Origin: Callorhinchus milii
Taxonomy: Eukaryota
Direction: 5' to 3'
Assembly (NCBI RefSeq): GCF_018977255.1
Contig: NW_024704743.1
Span: 2,234,001 to 2,298,000, forward strand
DNA length: 64,000 nucleotides
Numbering within the stretch: position 1 is the stretch's first letter; each line of letters opens with the position of its first letter. Below, piece by piece: positions 38,554-52,174 of the stretch. Position numbers and translations under genes: made by a program. Under the pieces are notes generated by a model. That model was not told where the DNA came from, ran no database searches, and saw only the letters and a program-made list of their open reading frames with translations.

Positions 38554-38932
38554 GTAGTCCTGTAGCTCAGTGGTTAGAACACTAACCTCGCAAATTGGTT
38601 CGATTCCCAGGCAGGTCGGGGCGAAATGTTGGGCAACTTTCCTTACTCCACACACACACACACCTCTGTTTACCTATCACTAAGTAGGAATCCGGTTGTA
38701 AGTCAATTGGCGGATCGCTTTTCCGGGGGTAATAATTCCTCAAAAAAATACTGATAACAATAAATTGGTCTCTTCAAACAAGACTGGTTGTGGGGACGCC
38801 GCTGTGCGCAATTGGCTGCCGTGTTTCGTCCACAAATTATACAGTCGATTCACTTTACAGTATAGTCTGTAAAGCGCTTTGAGAAGTCTCGAAGATGTGA
38901 TAAGGTGCTGTATCAAACATCAGTGTTATTAT
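38554..38932 (+). mobile_element. Family A SINE, full length
   Basis: GTCCTGTAGCTCAGTGGTTAGAAC...GGTTCGATTCCC head through the tail. Confidence 0.88.
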
Positions 38933-40009
38933 TTTGTAGGTGAATCCAGCAGCCAATTTTGTCAGAGCAAATGTCGCACAAATAGTTGGGATGTAACTGA
39001 CAAATTTTGGCTGACGTGTTCCTCGCACAAAAAAAAACACAGTGAAATTCACTTTACAATCTATTCTGTGAGGCGCTTTGAGACGTCTCGAAGATGTGAT
39101 ACGGTGCTATATCAAATGCAAGGATTGTAAGGATTTTTATTATTATTAAATAATTCATAGATGCACTTCGCTAATAGAATATTTAGCTGCATAGTGTAAA
39201 TCATTTCTCCTTATTGATTCCATCAACGCCCTTCATAATTTTAAATTACCACTTATCAGGTCTCCCCTCAACCTTCTCTGATTCCGTAAAATAACCTTCT
39301 CTGATTCAGTAAAATAGGCCCAGGTCTAATTGAATCTTTGTTAAAACTACAATTTTTAAAAATAATTAATTTTTTAAAATAAATCTACGCAGGACGAGTT
39401 AGACGAACAATTTATATTTATATCGTGCCATTCACTTAAAGAAATGTCTCAAAGCACTTTGCTGAATGAAATTAATTGGAAATGGCTTGATTGTTATTAT
39501 GTACATAGTGCTATATATTATTGCTAGGTATGGAAATACGACATATGTGGCTACGAGGCATAACAATGCGCCAGAAATAAACTGCGAACAATTACGGATG
39601 AATTTGGATGGAAGGAGACAGTGAATATAAACCAGGATCAGGTGAGGGCTTCATACGCAGAAATGCACTGCATCCCAAAGTGTATCTGTTGGCACAACCT
39701 GAAAATTAGTCAACATTTGTTTTCATTTTAAACTACCTTGAACTAAAAGACATATTCTGGCTACTTAGGGGATGCTATTTCTTACCCATTCCAAAGCTTT
39801 AGGTGAATTGCTTTTATGATGACAATAAGGCAGTTATTATTGTGTCCTCATGGCAATCACAGGCAGATTATAATACGATCTTGTATTTGATACAGCATTT
39901 TGTCACATTAAAACACCTCAAAGCGCTTCAGGGTATTTACCATCGAGCTGTTGTGTATTTGTCGACGAATGCAGCAGCCAATTTGTGCAGCACAATGTTC
40001 TACAACAAC

Positions 40010-40865
40010 GACAAGAACAAAATTACATGTGTATAGTGCCTTTCACATCAGGAGGACGTCACAAGGTGCTGGACAGTCAGAGTTTCGGATGCGAGTTGAG
40101 GGTCGGGCTCTGGGAGGGTGGAGGGCGGTGGGGGGGGGGGGGGAAGCAGGGTGATGAAAGCACGGTCGAAGAGGAGGGTCTTGAGATGGGTCTTGAAGGA
40201 GGTAAGGGAGGCGAGGCGGAGGGAGTTGGGGAGGCCAACAAGTAAGGAGTTTGCATAGTCAAGTCTGGATGTACTGAATGCGTGTATGAGGGTTTCGGGG
40301 GCCTGTGGTGTGAGATAATGGTGGAATCGGGAGATGTTGCGGAGGTGGGGGGAGGTAGAGCTGGTCATGGGACAGTTGTGGGAGTTGAGAAGAGTTGAGG
40401 ATCAAACAAGACGCCAAGTTCCGGACTGTGGAAAGGAAATCCGAGTGGAGGGGTTCATGAAGGGAGTGGCGGGAGAGGAAGGAGCAAAGCTGGGAAGCAA
40501 CAACTTGTTCCAGGACCTTGGAGAGGAAAGGGAGGTAGGAGATGGTAGTTTAGGAGTAGCGTTGGCTCAAGGGAGGGTTTTTTAAGGATAGGAGTGATGA
40601 CGGAGGTTTTTAATGGGGTGGGAACAGTACCAGAGGACAGGGAGGGAGGGATGGGTAAGGTTCGGGGTGGGAGGGGGAAATGGGGAGTGGGTAGTACATG
40701 GAAGGGCAAAGGCAGCCTAGAGGATCCCCTTGTCTTTGGATTCGAGGAAGTCCAGCATCACCTCACATGGAGATGAGGATGGGCGAGGCGTGAGAGGGTG
40801 GGCGGAGGAGCCGGTTGGTGATCGAGAAGAGGAACCTGGAGTTGTCCTTGGCCTCCAGTCATGAC
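40010..40865 (-). mobile_element. L2-clade LINE remnant with internal deletions
   Basis: Peptides SLSSGTVPTPLKTSVITPILKKPSL and HLRNISRFHHYLTPQAPETLIHAFSTSRLDYANSLLVGLP...FKTHLKTLLFDRAF, plus the L2 tail. Confidence 0.85.
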
Positions 40866-40884
40866 GCGAATGTCCATTTTTTAA

Positions 40885-41103
40885 AAAAAAAAATCTGGTG
40901 GATTGTTGGCCATGAGATTCAGAAAGAATCCTTTCTCTCTTTGGAAAGTGCGGTGGGATTTATGTTGCAAAATCTGAGGGACCTCAGTTTGTTGTCTCAA
41001 ATGCGTTGATGTGTGAGCCTAGACTAGGAGCTCAAAATCCTGATGTGAGGCTTGAACCCACAACCTTCAGGGCTCAGACATGAGAATGCTGTGAACTGAG
41101 CCA
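40885..41103 (-). mobile_element. Decayed family B SINE (head and part of body)
   Basis: Reverse TGGCTCAGTTCACAGCATTCTC...GAAGGTTGTGGGTTCAAGCC. Confidence 0.6.
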
Positions 41104-42314
41104 GGCCCTGAATAGCCTCTTTCTGTGCTGAAACATTCTATAATATTACGAAAGAGTTACACGTGACACAGGTTATAACATTTAAAATCTATTGGGCATA
41201 CTGCTCTAACATTCACTTCAGTCAATGAAAGATCATGAGTGGGCAGTGCTTTGTGTGAGCCATGAATAGGTGATACATAATGAATTGGTTTATTGTTGGT
41301 GTGCACAATACTCAAAGTCAACCCATTTTACTCATATCCTGCCATTTAGAACTACAATATGTGCACTGGATTTTCTTTCATTGGCAAATGTGGAATCCAT
41401 TATGCTGACTGAAACCTCTTTAAGTGTTCTTTCCACTCAGTGAGATGTTAATATTAAATAGAAAATATAACTTTTGAATCTTTGGATAATATGGCTTGAA
41501 TTTGAGTTTATATTACCTTAACATCCAGCATATGTGCTTTCGAGTGATGAAAGTTGCACGAAATGTTTGTTGGAATTCTCCCCCTCTCCTTTCAGACCAT
41601 TTGCTGTAATAGATCCAGCTACTGTTAGTGTGGTGCGATATACTGAGACACAGAACTCCATAACTAACAATAAGATTGGCCTTTGATGCGGCACTTATTA
41701 TAACATCAAAACATCTTCAAGCGCCACACCGGTAACTGGAGTAAAGTGTTGTGTTCTTGTATTTTTTGGCAAATGCAGCCATCAATTTGCACACGGCAAG
41801 ATCCCACAAATAGCCGTCAAATGAAAGGCCAAATTATCTGAAGGCCTGTTGGCTGGGAGAAATTCCCATGTCTTTTTGAATAGTGCCGTAGAATCTTTAC
41901 CCTCCGCATGCTTAGACAGTGTGGATCTGAGCAAAGGGAGCGAACGGGTGGAAAGGAAGGGTAGTAAGAAGTTGCAGGGATTGGTTTGGACAAAGAAGGT
42001 CCTTGAGTGCCTTTGATCTCATCCTTCCACAATACTGACCCTACCTTTCTTCCACTGGAGGAATCAAAGCTGTTTCTTAAATAACTTGAGTGACCCCAGC
42101 TCGGGTCTGAAATGCTGTCACTATCCAGCGCCTTGGGACGTCCTCCCGACGTGAAAGGCGCTGTACAAATGTAAACTTGTTGATGTTGTTGAGTGCCTTG
42201 GCTGACACCAATGTTTCCCAGTAACCCATCCCAGATGCTACTAACTCTACGTAAAGAAATATTTCCTGGTGTCTGTCTTGAATGTGCCCCATGTCAGGAG
42301 TTGGAATCACATCG

Positions 42315-42650
42315 TCTAAGCTGACACACCAATTCAGCGCTGGGGGCGTGTTTTGCGTTGTTGGAGGTGCCGTCCTTTGGATAAGACTGAGATCCCGACC
42401 GCTTGTCTGGGTGGACGTTAAAGATCACACGACATTATTTGAAAAGAGAAGGGAATTTCCTCCAGTGTCTTGGCCAACAATCCCCCAAATGAAATTGGCC
42501 ACTCACTCGACGGCTGTTTGTGGGACACTGCTGTACGCTGACTGGCTGCCACATTTCGCCCGCAAAACACACAATCAATTCACTTTACCATCAATCCTGT
42601 GAAGCGCTTTGAGACGTCTCAATGTTGTGATAAGACGCTATATCTAATAA
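42315..42650 (+). mobile_element. Family B SINE lacking the head
   Basis: GCTGACAC...GGAGGTGCCGTCCTTTGGATAAGAC...GGTGGACGTTAAAGATC...Deu-like block and tail. Confidence 0.8.
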
Positions 42651-42657
42651 AAAAAAA

Positions 42658-43026
42658 CTTGCATTTGATATAGTGCTTTTCACATCTTCGAGACGTCTCA
42701 AAGCGCTTCACAGAATATACTGTAAAGTGAATTGATTGTATATTTGTGGGTAAAACACGGCAGCCAATTGCGCACAGCAGCGTCCCCACAAACAGTCGGG
42801 GATTGAGTGACCAAATTATTATTTTATTTTTTTGAAGGGATTATAACCCCCGGAAAAGCGATCTGACAATTGACTAACAACCGGGGTTCCTACTGACTGC
42901 TGGTGCACAGGGGTGTGAGGAGTAAGGAAACTTGCCCAACATTTCGCCCTGACTTGCCCGGGAACCAAACACAGGTTCTCTCGCTTGTGAGGCGAGTGCT
43001 CTAAGCCCTGAGCTACAGAACTGCAC
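42658..43026 (-). mobile_element. Family A SINE, full length
   Basis: Complete reverse copy abutting the preceding element tail-to-tail. Confidence 0.88.
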
Positions 43027-45954
43027 ACACGAGGATTATTAATATTATTATTATTGTTGTAACTGCACCTCATAACCTGAACCAGTGTCCTCTTGTCCTG
43101 CTAAAAGCAGTGCCCTGGTTTTACTTCCTCCAACCCATTAAAGCATCTTATAGACTTAACGCAAAAGCCAGGTAGTTAATACAAGGCTTACAGAGCCCTT
43201 CTAAGCGAGCTAACTTCTCATCTTTATTTTTCTAGGTCTCACCTTTCCTGTGGAGATAAGGTAACCATGTTTACAGCACCATATGTGATATAATTAAAAC
43301 CAGGCTCTCCTCCCCCCACCCCCCCCCCCCCCCCCCCCCCTCGGCAAGTGTAATCTGCTGTTAATTTATTTTTAGTAGATGATAAGAAGAATCACAGACA
43401 AACCAGTGACAAAGACACTTTACAGCTGACTTCATTAAGATGGTACAGTCAGGTTCAGGGTTAGGGCTAGGGTTGGGAGAGAAGTGTTGAAAAAACCTCG
43501 GCCTGTGCCAACAGTCGACGAAATGTATTTGCTGATTCAGCTGCTAAAGTGACAACAAGATCAGTCCTGTTTTTTTCAAGGTGGTGGTTTTTGGTAACAA
43601 AGTACAAATGACATAAAATGAAAAAAAAAGGGGAAGCGTTGGGAAAGACGAATAAATCAAGGTTACCTATTTGCCTTTAGCATTTAAACGGCTGCCTCTT
43701 TAGTGAAAAAGAAGCTCGGGGTAAACAAGAGGTCAAAAGGAACCATCTAATGAAAAACACAGTATTGGTCAGGATCAACAAGTAGTTACAAGCATTTATG
43801 ACCGCACTCCCCGCAGCCCATCCTTCTCATCTCACGAGGGCTATAAAAATGTCCAGTCGCTGAACAAGGGCAGGATATCAGTGCGTTAACTTATGGCAGT
43901 CTCTTTAGAAATATAAAAGACTCACAAGTCTCCTGCATGTTCTGTTTTCTTGCGTGAAAGGAAGAGCTTTCAGAAGCACCCTTCCCTGGCACGTATGACA
44001 ACAACTTGCATTTATACAGCTCCCCTCAGTCCTGTACCGCAGGGAAGGTTGTGCCAGATCACTTTGTACCCTTTGGTGTTACGGTAGCTGCATCAGATTT
44101 TATTTTCCTACCACGAATTATCATGCTTCCAGGATGTGGAATTAAGTTCCTGCTAAAGACAACTGTAGATTGATTGGCCTATCAACCAAATTAGCTGCTG
44201 TGTTTGCCTGGTGTAGTAGCATTTACTAGTGGCATCAATATTGAGGGTGAGTGCAAACAGTTTCTTCTGGTGTCCTGACCAACGATCTGCCAGATAAAAG
44301 AGGTCACGCACCTCACGACTATTTGCTTTTCGCCCTCAAAATACACAGTCAATTCACTTTACAGTGTTTCCTGTGAAGCGCTTTGAGGCGTCTCGAAGTC
44401 GTGATAAGGCGCCGTATCAAACGCAAGTATTATGATTATTATTATTTGTGGAGATAGTGCCATGAGCAGATTGGCTGCCGTACACAGTACACAGTCACTA
44501 CACTGAACAGGAAAGTCTTGTAAAGTGTTTTGAGACACCCAGATGTCTATCAAATTCAAGGATTATTATTATATTACTTTCAAGGTCATGGGTAGCATTG
44601 CCATAGCCCAAGTCTTGGCTACCAGTTAGACTTTAGGAGGTCAGCCACGTGTGGACCATTGCTGTTTGCAAATTGGCTGCTGCATTTGCTTGCAAAAGCA
44701 GATTAAGACATTGAGGCGATGTAATCATATACCATATATCAAATTATTCATAGATTAATGTTCTTTTTAATGCCACACAAAATTGCAAAATATAGGAAAG
44801 TTATGAACAATAATAATCCTTGCTTTTGATATGGTGCCTTATCACATTCTTCGAGAAGTCCCAAAGCGCTATCGCAGGATACACTGTAAAGCGAATTAAC
44901 TGTATATTTTATGGGCGAAACGCATGTCCAAGTGATACAGACAATATATCTCGCTTACATTGGTTTCTGTAATTCTGTTTACATCGCGTCGGTTGGAAGC
45001 TTTGCTGAAGATTCATCAAAGAGAAAGAAAGTCGCTCTTCAAGTCGCTCTTTGCTCGGTTGACTTTACTCAATTACGGAAAGATTTCTGTTACCATTAGA
45101 AACAAAACAATAGCTTGTGTCTGGTCTGTGAGGAGGTCTTATATGCTATATTATCATTCTCTGGAGGCTCCAACACATGTTGGGCTTTTATCCAATGGGA
45201 CTTCATTTCCTTAATGTGTACACATAGAAGGCAGATTGCCTTATACCAAGTACTTCATCAAAATAGTTAGACACAGAGCATTCGCACCAAAGCACATCTG
45301 TTACTGCCACTAGGAATATCTGGGAATTCTGCTTCTCATTATAGATGTAATCAGTAGTTAAATAATAATAATCCTCGTGTTTGATATAGCACCTTATCAC
45401 TCTGTCGAGACCGCTCAAAGAACTTTGTGGGATTGATTGTAAAGTGTAGTGACTGTGTACACTGGATTTGTGGGTGAACTCGGCAGCCAGTTTGCATCCA
45501 GCAGTGTCTCACAAACAGCCATGAGGTGAATGACCAATTTTTACTTTTTGTTCAGATGTCCGAATATACTTCTGACGCTGACGCTTCTTTCGCCCACAAA
45601 ATATACAGTCGATTCACTTTACAGTATATTCTGTGAAGCTCTTTGAGACGTCTCGAAAACGGGATAAGGCGCTGTATCAAATGCAAGGATTATTATTATT
45701 ATTAATATTATTAAATGTATATTGCTTAATAAAATAACGCTTTTGACATGAGATCTCAAAGCACATCATAGGAGTTTGTGCAAAGTGTAGTGACTGTGTA
45801 TTTTGTAGGTGAACGTGGAGCTGATCTGGCCTCAGATGGGGTCTTAAAATGCAACATTTTCTCACCAGATTTTGTAAATAAGAAATTAGACTAAATGAAT
45901 AAATTACAAATTCCGTATCCCTTTCATGTGCATCCGCAGTGTGACACCTGACTG

Positions 45955-46360
45955 CGTTGTGACTCTCATTTCAGAGTCAGAAAGTTGTGGGTTCAAGCCC
46001 CACATCATGACTTTGAACTTTTAGAGTCTAACCTGAAACTCCAAAGCAGTGCTGGGGATAGGGTGCAATGTTGGAGATGTCTTCCTTCGAATGAGATGGT
46101 AAACCGAGGTCCTATAAATGCAAGTTGTTGTCGTATATATGGCATTCGAAAAAAAAAAGGACTTTTCTCCTGATGTTCTGGCCAACAATCCCCTCAAATA
46201 AAATTGGTCATTTACTTAATGACTGTGGGACATTACTGGATGAAAATCGGCTTCTGCATTTGCCCACAAAATATACAGTCACCACACGTTGCAGTATATG
46301 AGGTGCTTTGAGATGATCGTCCAGTGTGAAAAGTACTTTATCAAATGTAAGGATAATAAT
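45955..46360 (+). mobile_element. Family B SINE, decayed
   Basis: GAGTCAGAAAGTTGTGGGTTCAAGCCCCAC...GATGGTAAACCGAGGTCC...CTGGCCAACAATCCCC...tail. Confidence 0.7.
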
Positions 46361-46364
46361 GATA

Positions 46365-46730
46365 ATGATAATAATCCTGGCATTTGATACAGCGTCTTAT
46401 CATGTCTCCTAGACGTCTCAAAGTGCTTCACAGGATACACCGTAAAGTGAATTGACTGTGTGTTTTGCGGAGAGAACGGCAGCCAATCGCGCACAGAAGC
46501 GTCCCCACAAACAGCCGTGGAGTGAGTAACCAAATTTTTTTTTATTTGAAGGGATTATTAATCCCCGGAAAAGCAATTCACCAATTGAATAACAACTGGT
46601 TCCTATTTACTGCTGGTAAACAGAGGCGTGTGTGTGTGTGCGGAGTGAGGAAACTTGCCCAACGTTTCGCCCCGACCTGCCCGGGAATCGAACCCGGGTC
46701 CTCTCGCTTGCGACTGAGCTGCAGGGACTC
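46365..46730 (-). mobile_element. Family A SINE, near full length
   Basis: Reverse copy with an intact B box. Confidence 0.88.
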
Positions 46731-47056
46731 CAATAATCAGGATTAAGCCATGGAACAGATTTGTGTCTTAATTTTTTTTTCACAAATGCCAAGTATTAAT
46801 ATCAGAAGCACCAGGTTCAGCGTTTGAGAAAATGACAGGAACCAGAAACATTGGCTTTCCGCTCCCTTCCCTTTCCTGATATGCAGTACACAGCGAATCG
46901 TATTGAAACTATTGATTCAACATGTACCAGTTATTCAGATATTAATAATAATCCTTACATTTGATAGACAGAAATGTGAATTAGTCATAATAATCTTTGA
47001 AGCCCAAAACTTCAAGTTCAGTGCAGGGTTAACGGTGTAGATCATTCCAGCTGATA

Positions 47057-47392
47057 CAACAACAACTACCACAACAACTTGCACTTACAAGCGCCCCCTC
47101 ACAGGGGAGGGGGGTGGGGTAAGGGGTGGGAGGTGACCGTAGACACGGTCGAATAGGAAGGTCTTCAGTCTCGACCTGAAGATGGGGAAGGAAGGGGGCG
47201 AGGCGGGGGGAGGGATAGAGGGAGAACGTTCCAGAGTTTTGGGGCGCGGCGGCTTAAAGCCCGGCCACCGATGCAGGAGGCCGTAGCCGGTCGAGCGGAG
47301 GCAGCGGGTTGTGGTAAGCAGGTCAGAGCGGTAGGGAGACGCCAGGGATGAAGGGATTTGAAAGCGAGCGCGTGAGGAAACGAGTTCATAAC
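47057..47392 (-). mobile_element. L2 LINE 3' end
   Basis: FKSLH...IGGRALSRRAPKLWNVLP peptide and (TTG)n tail. Confidence 0.7.
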
Positions 47393-48549
47393 TGTGCTAG
47401 ATTCATTTGAAGCTAATTCCTGCTGAACGTGGTGTCTTACTGGTCACAGCCGGCACTCCATTAACTGAGTCCGTGCAATGGCTCAGTGTCTAATTATGAG
47501 CCGTGCTGTGATCTTCCTTGAACAGACAGTGGCTGTCACTTGGGATCAGAATCTAATGTGATTGAAACCAGCCAGGAAAAGGTGGGAACTTCATTTTCCC
47601 CTCTGAAGTTACCAACAGTGTAAGGAATCATACATCGATTAAGACGGCCATTGTAATGGGAAACAGCTGCCAACTGAAAATGAGTAGAAACTTTGCGATT
47701 TGGGATTGAGCCGGAGTTTATGTCGAAATTTTCAAGCGCAGAAGGGGGTCATTCGGCTCATCGCATCCGTCACTGTAGTGCGAATCCTCCTGAATAGCTC
47801 CTAATATCTGGAGGTAATAATCCCTTACTTTAAAAACAATTAATAATTTGGTCACTGAATTGTTTGTGTGACACTACTGTACGCAATTGGCTGCTGCATG
47901 TTGAGTCAGGGGTTAGACCGCTCGCCTCTCAAGCGAGAAGACCTGGGTTCTATTCCCATAGAACTCTCTACCTAGATAGATACCAGAGACACTGATAAAA
48001 CCTGGGTCGCCTTCTGGCCGAGCAGATCCATTTTCCTTTCGTTTCTTTCGAGAAAAATACATTCAGAAAAATTAAAACACATTTTGAAAGGCGAAACGCA
48101 AAAAAAATACTCCCCTGTTGAAGAAATCGGGACTTGGCTTGTGACAAGCACTTGTGGCTTCCATTTGCAAGACAAAGATATCGATCAGCGGCAGGTTCCA
48201 TTGATTTCATGTCACTCGCATGATTTAATCACACTCCCCTTTTTATCTGTTTGTGCTGTTTCTCTATTGTCTGGCAAAGGAAAGCCCAGTCGAGACCTTC
48301 AAAATAACTAAACCTTCCCCCCTCGCCCCGTGTCCACTTTGCTCTTGATAGGAAGGTAAATAAGGTGCTGCAATGCCATTCTGGCTTGATGTTCTTCAAC
48401 AGCATCATGTTACAGTATCTACAGGACTATTTGTGTCACAAAACCCCCATGGGGTCGCAACAAGAGGGCAGGCGGGGACGAGGACAAGGACACAAATACA
48501 AGATGTCACTAACAGATCTGACAGAGAGTTTAGGAGGAACTGGTTCACG

Positions 48550-49085
48550 CAGAGGGCGGCGAGTTCTTCCTACTCCCTCCCTCCCTTCCTCCCCACATTT
48601 GAAGCCCGCCTCAGGACTGCTCTCTCCTACCAGGTTTTCTTTAGTAATCTTTTACTGATCACTTTGGCTTGACTATTAACCTCTCTGAGGTAGTGCCCCC
48701 TGTGAAGGGCATGATATAAATGCAAGTTGTTGTTGGTCTGTTCCCCCTCCCCACTTCAGCTTCCACTCCCCGTCCCAGGTGCCCATGTTGTGTGTCATGC
48801 TTTGGGACGTCCTCCCGACGTGAAAGGCAACAACGACAACAAATGACATTTACACACAGTGCCTTTCACATCGGGGGACGTCCCAAGGCGCTGGACTGTC
48901 AAGGATCCACATCCGAGCTGGTTGTTCGTATCAGGAGGAGGTGGAGGACACAGAAGGTAGGGGGTGGGAGGGTGACCAAGGCACGGTGGAAAGGAAGGAT
49001 CTTGAGACAGGTTTTCAAGGAGGCAAGGGAGGGGGCAAGGGGGAGGGATGGAGTTCCAGAGGATGTGGGCAGAGAGGCTGAAGGT
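48550..49085. mobile_element. Cluster of L2 3'-end fragments in both orientations
   Basis: SLASLKTCLKILPFHRA peptide; GGGACGTCCTCCCGACGTGAAAGGC and its near reverse complement 20-60 nt apart. Confidence 0.65.
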
Positions 49086-50702
49086 TGTTGTTGTTGTTGT
49101 GAAGGCTTTGTGGAGCAGTGAAGACCAGACATTGTGCCTGTTTGGGCTGTGAATTCTATGTATGTAATTCAGTGGCTGTAATTGTGTAGGAATTCAATAT
49201 GTCTATCCTGATTTATTCAACATTGTAATTTTGTTGTTGTTGTATTTACTATTGGCTGCTTGTGGGTCCTTGCCTTCCGCAAAAACATACATGGTTCCCT
49301 ACGCCTGACAGCAACTCCCTGTGAACACCTTGCGACAGTTTGACAGCATGAGGGCTATATTATTTAATGATATTGGGGGAGAAACGTTTGGTTCATTTAT
49401 AATCGCAACACTTTGGCAAGTCATTTCCTTATTGTTTTACAAGCTGCTAACCTCTCGTTCTCTTCACTTGAATTGTACGTTGGCTGGAACACAAGGGCAG
49501 CTAAGGACCTACTTGATCCAGCGACTAGGAGATGCTCGAGAGCAACTTGGGCTGAGGCACCCTGGCTCTGAGCTCAGCCAGCTCAGATGAGCCTTAGCTT
49601 CTTTGCCTTCAGACGAAAGCCTTAATGACATTTCCCCCAGAGCCTGCGACTATCCACACGCAGTTTGGGAAAGGGAGCTTCCGACTTGCAAGCCAGGAGT
49701 TCCTGACGGCAGAGTGGTTACGGTTTAGGTTTATTGTGCGAACGTCTATGATTGCCTCTCTTTCTGTGCATTTTACTTCTAACGTGGTCGCGAGAAGATT
49801 AATGGCTCGTTTCACTCTTTTCACAGTTTGTTTTCTATTGAATGGCCCCTTCCCCCCCCCCCCCAAAAAAAAAACCCTGTTGCACTTTCCTTAGGCCCAG
49901 GAGGATGTGTAGACTTATATGCCCCCACAGTCTTGAGCTGTATTACTGCTTTAGTGCTCAGTTGGTGCATTTCCTGTGATGTCAGGTGGCCTGGCTTGTA
50001 TCACTTTTTCCTCCCAGCTGAGCGCTAACAAAACCCATCTGATAGATCGAAGTCTCTGATGGTCCTGGAAACCAGGTCTTCAATCAAAAAAGCAAAGCAT
50101 CTCCTGTCACACACACCCACAAGGAAATTTACAGCCTGTCCTGTCACTTTTTACACAATTTCCCCAAACAACGGTGTAAAAACCCTCAATCGATAATATT
50201 TTTGTTTGTGTTGTCCCTTCCGCCCCCTTTACGTGAAAGGGTTTCCTTTCATCCTCTTTATTTTGGGGATCTCTGTTCTTCCGAGATCTGAGCAAAGCTG
50301 GCGTGCAGGCTACAAAGGAAATTAGTCTGTTGAAAAACCCAAACCTGGTCCACCCGCATCAGCTTAATAACATTTAATAAGGTGTTTACAAATGTTTTCA
50401 AAGAAAAGTCATTAATTAAAGATCATCCAGGATGTCTTCCCTTCCTGCTATTAGCAGCCATTTGTCTTTGAAAAGTTTTTTTTTATGCTTCATTTAACCG
50501 TTGATACATGTAGGTATTCTGGTACCTATAATTAGATTAAAGTTAGGCTAAATTACTATACACAATCGCCAAATTCATTACAATCATAGCATTGCCTGCA
50601 CGTTTCCTCCTCTAACTATCCTCATATAATTATCTTTTATTTATATAAAAAANTCACCTGCCAAAAGCAAAGGGTTGAAATTGGTCTAAATATTATTTGG
50701 TG

Positions 50703-51560
50703 TCGGTCTGGCTCAGTTGGGAGCACTCTCCCCTCTTAAGTTAGAAGGTTGTGGGATCAAGACTCTAGTTTGGACTTTGAGTTTATAGACGAGGCTGACA
50801 CTCCGAAATAGTACTGGGGCGTCACAGCATTGTCAGAAGTGCTGTCCTTCAGATTAGATTTTGAACCGAGGTTCTATCTGTCTGCTCTGGAAAATAATAA
50901 TAATAATAACAATAACAACAACAATAATAATAATCCTTGCATTTGATACAGCGCCTCATCACATCGTCGAAACGTCTCAAAGCGCTTCACAGGATAGACT
51001 GTAAAGTGAATCGACTGTATATTTTGTGGACGAAACACGAAAGCCAATTGCGCACAGCAGCGTCCCCACAAACAGCTGTGGGTTGAGTGAACACACATTT
51101 TTTTAAGGAACTATAACCCCCGGAAAAGCGATCCCCCAATCGACTAACAACCGGGTTCCTACTGACTGCCGGTAAACAGAGGCGCGCGTGTGTGTGTGTG
51201 TGTGTGTGTGGAGTGAGGAAACTTGCCCAATGTCTCGCCCTGACCTGCCCGGGAATCGAACCCGGGTCCTCTCGCTCGCGAGGCGAGGGCTCTAACCCCT
51301 GAGCTCCTGGATTCCACAATCTTTAAGATGTTAAAGATGTCATAGCACTATTTGAAAAGGGAAGAGAGTTTCTCCCAGTCTCCTAACCAATCCCCCAGAT
51401 AAGATTGATTATTCACTCCTTTCATTCATGGCTGTTTGGGAATCATTGTTGTGTGCAGAATATACAGACACTACACTTCACAGCAAAATCCTGTGAAGTG
51501 CTTTGACGTGTTTCGACGATGTGATAAGGCTCTCTATCAAATGTAAGAATTATTATTATT
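50703..51560 (+). mobile_element. Older SacSINE1-like DeuSINE (family B), split by the family A insertion
   Basis: Head GGCTCAGTTGGGAGCACTCTC...AGAAGGTTGTGGGATCAAG and body AGGCTGACACTCC...AACCGAGG to 50890. Resumes at about 51325 with GATGTTAAAGATGTCATAGCACTATTTGAAAAG and ends in the same L2-like tail plus (ATT)n. Confidence 0.75.
50892..51317 (-). mobile_element. Full-length family A SINE nested in an older SINE
   Basis: Reverse complement of the reference copy, with intact head and an (ATT/GTT)n tail. Confidence 0.92.
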
Positions 51561-51834
51561 TCCCCCTGCTCCATTGCATGCCGTGTTATCTTTGCATCAA
51601 CAGGAGACGATCGAATGAAAAAAAATGGAGGGGAAGCAGCAAGAGACCGTTTCCTTTTCGTAACTGTTTAAGTGGAATTTGACTCTGATTTGGAGTCCCA
51701 GGTAAATAAATCTCGAACTTAATCTGTTTCTCTAGACTTTGCTTTGGCTGCTAAGTGTACGTGCCCTTGAAGCAATTTGAGCAGACACCTGTTTTATCAA
51801 CAGTGGCTGCTTGATGAAATAATTAATAATTAAT

Positions 51835-51990
51835 AATAAAATTAATAATCCTTGCATTTTATACAGCGCCTTAATCACATCTTCGAGACGTCTCAAAGTG
51901 CGTCACAGGACATACTGTAAAGTGAATTGACTGTATATTTTGTGGGTGAAACGCGACACAAACAGCCGCGGGTTGAGCGACCAATTTATT
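51835..51990 (-). mobile_element. SINE 3' part
   Basis: Reverse family tail. Confidence 0.8.
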
Positions 51991-52174
51991 ATTTTTTTAA
52001 AAAAAATTGGGGCCCAGTTTTCTTCACCTTTGACAATTGATCGTTCTGTCACTGGTGGGGAACAGGCATTTGACCCTCACGCAGCCCTGAAGACCCACCC
52101 CAAGGCCACAGACAGTACAGAGCAAACACCAGCTGATGGTTGCCATACACACAGCACACAGGGTAGAAATGCAG

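Noticed and set aside
50653..50653. Single ambiguous base N
   Set aside because: Assembly ambiguity, not biology.
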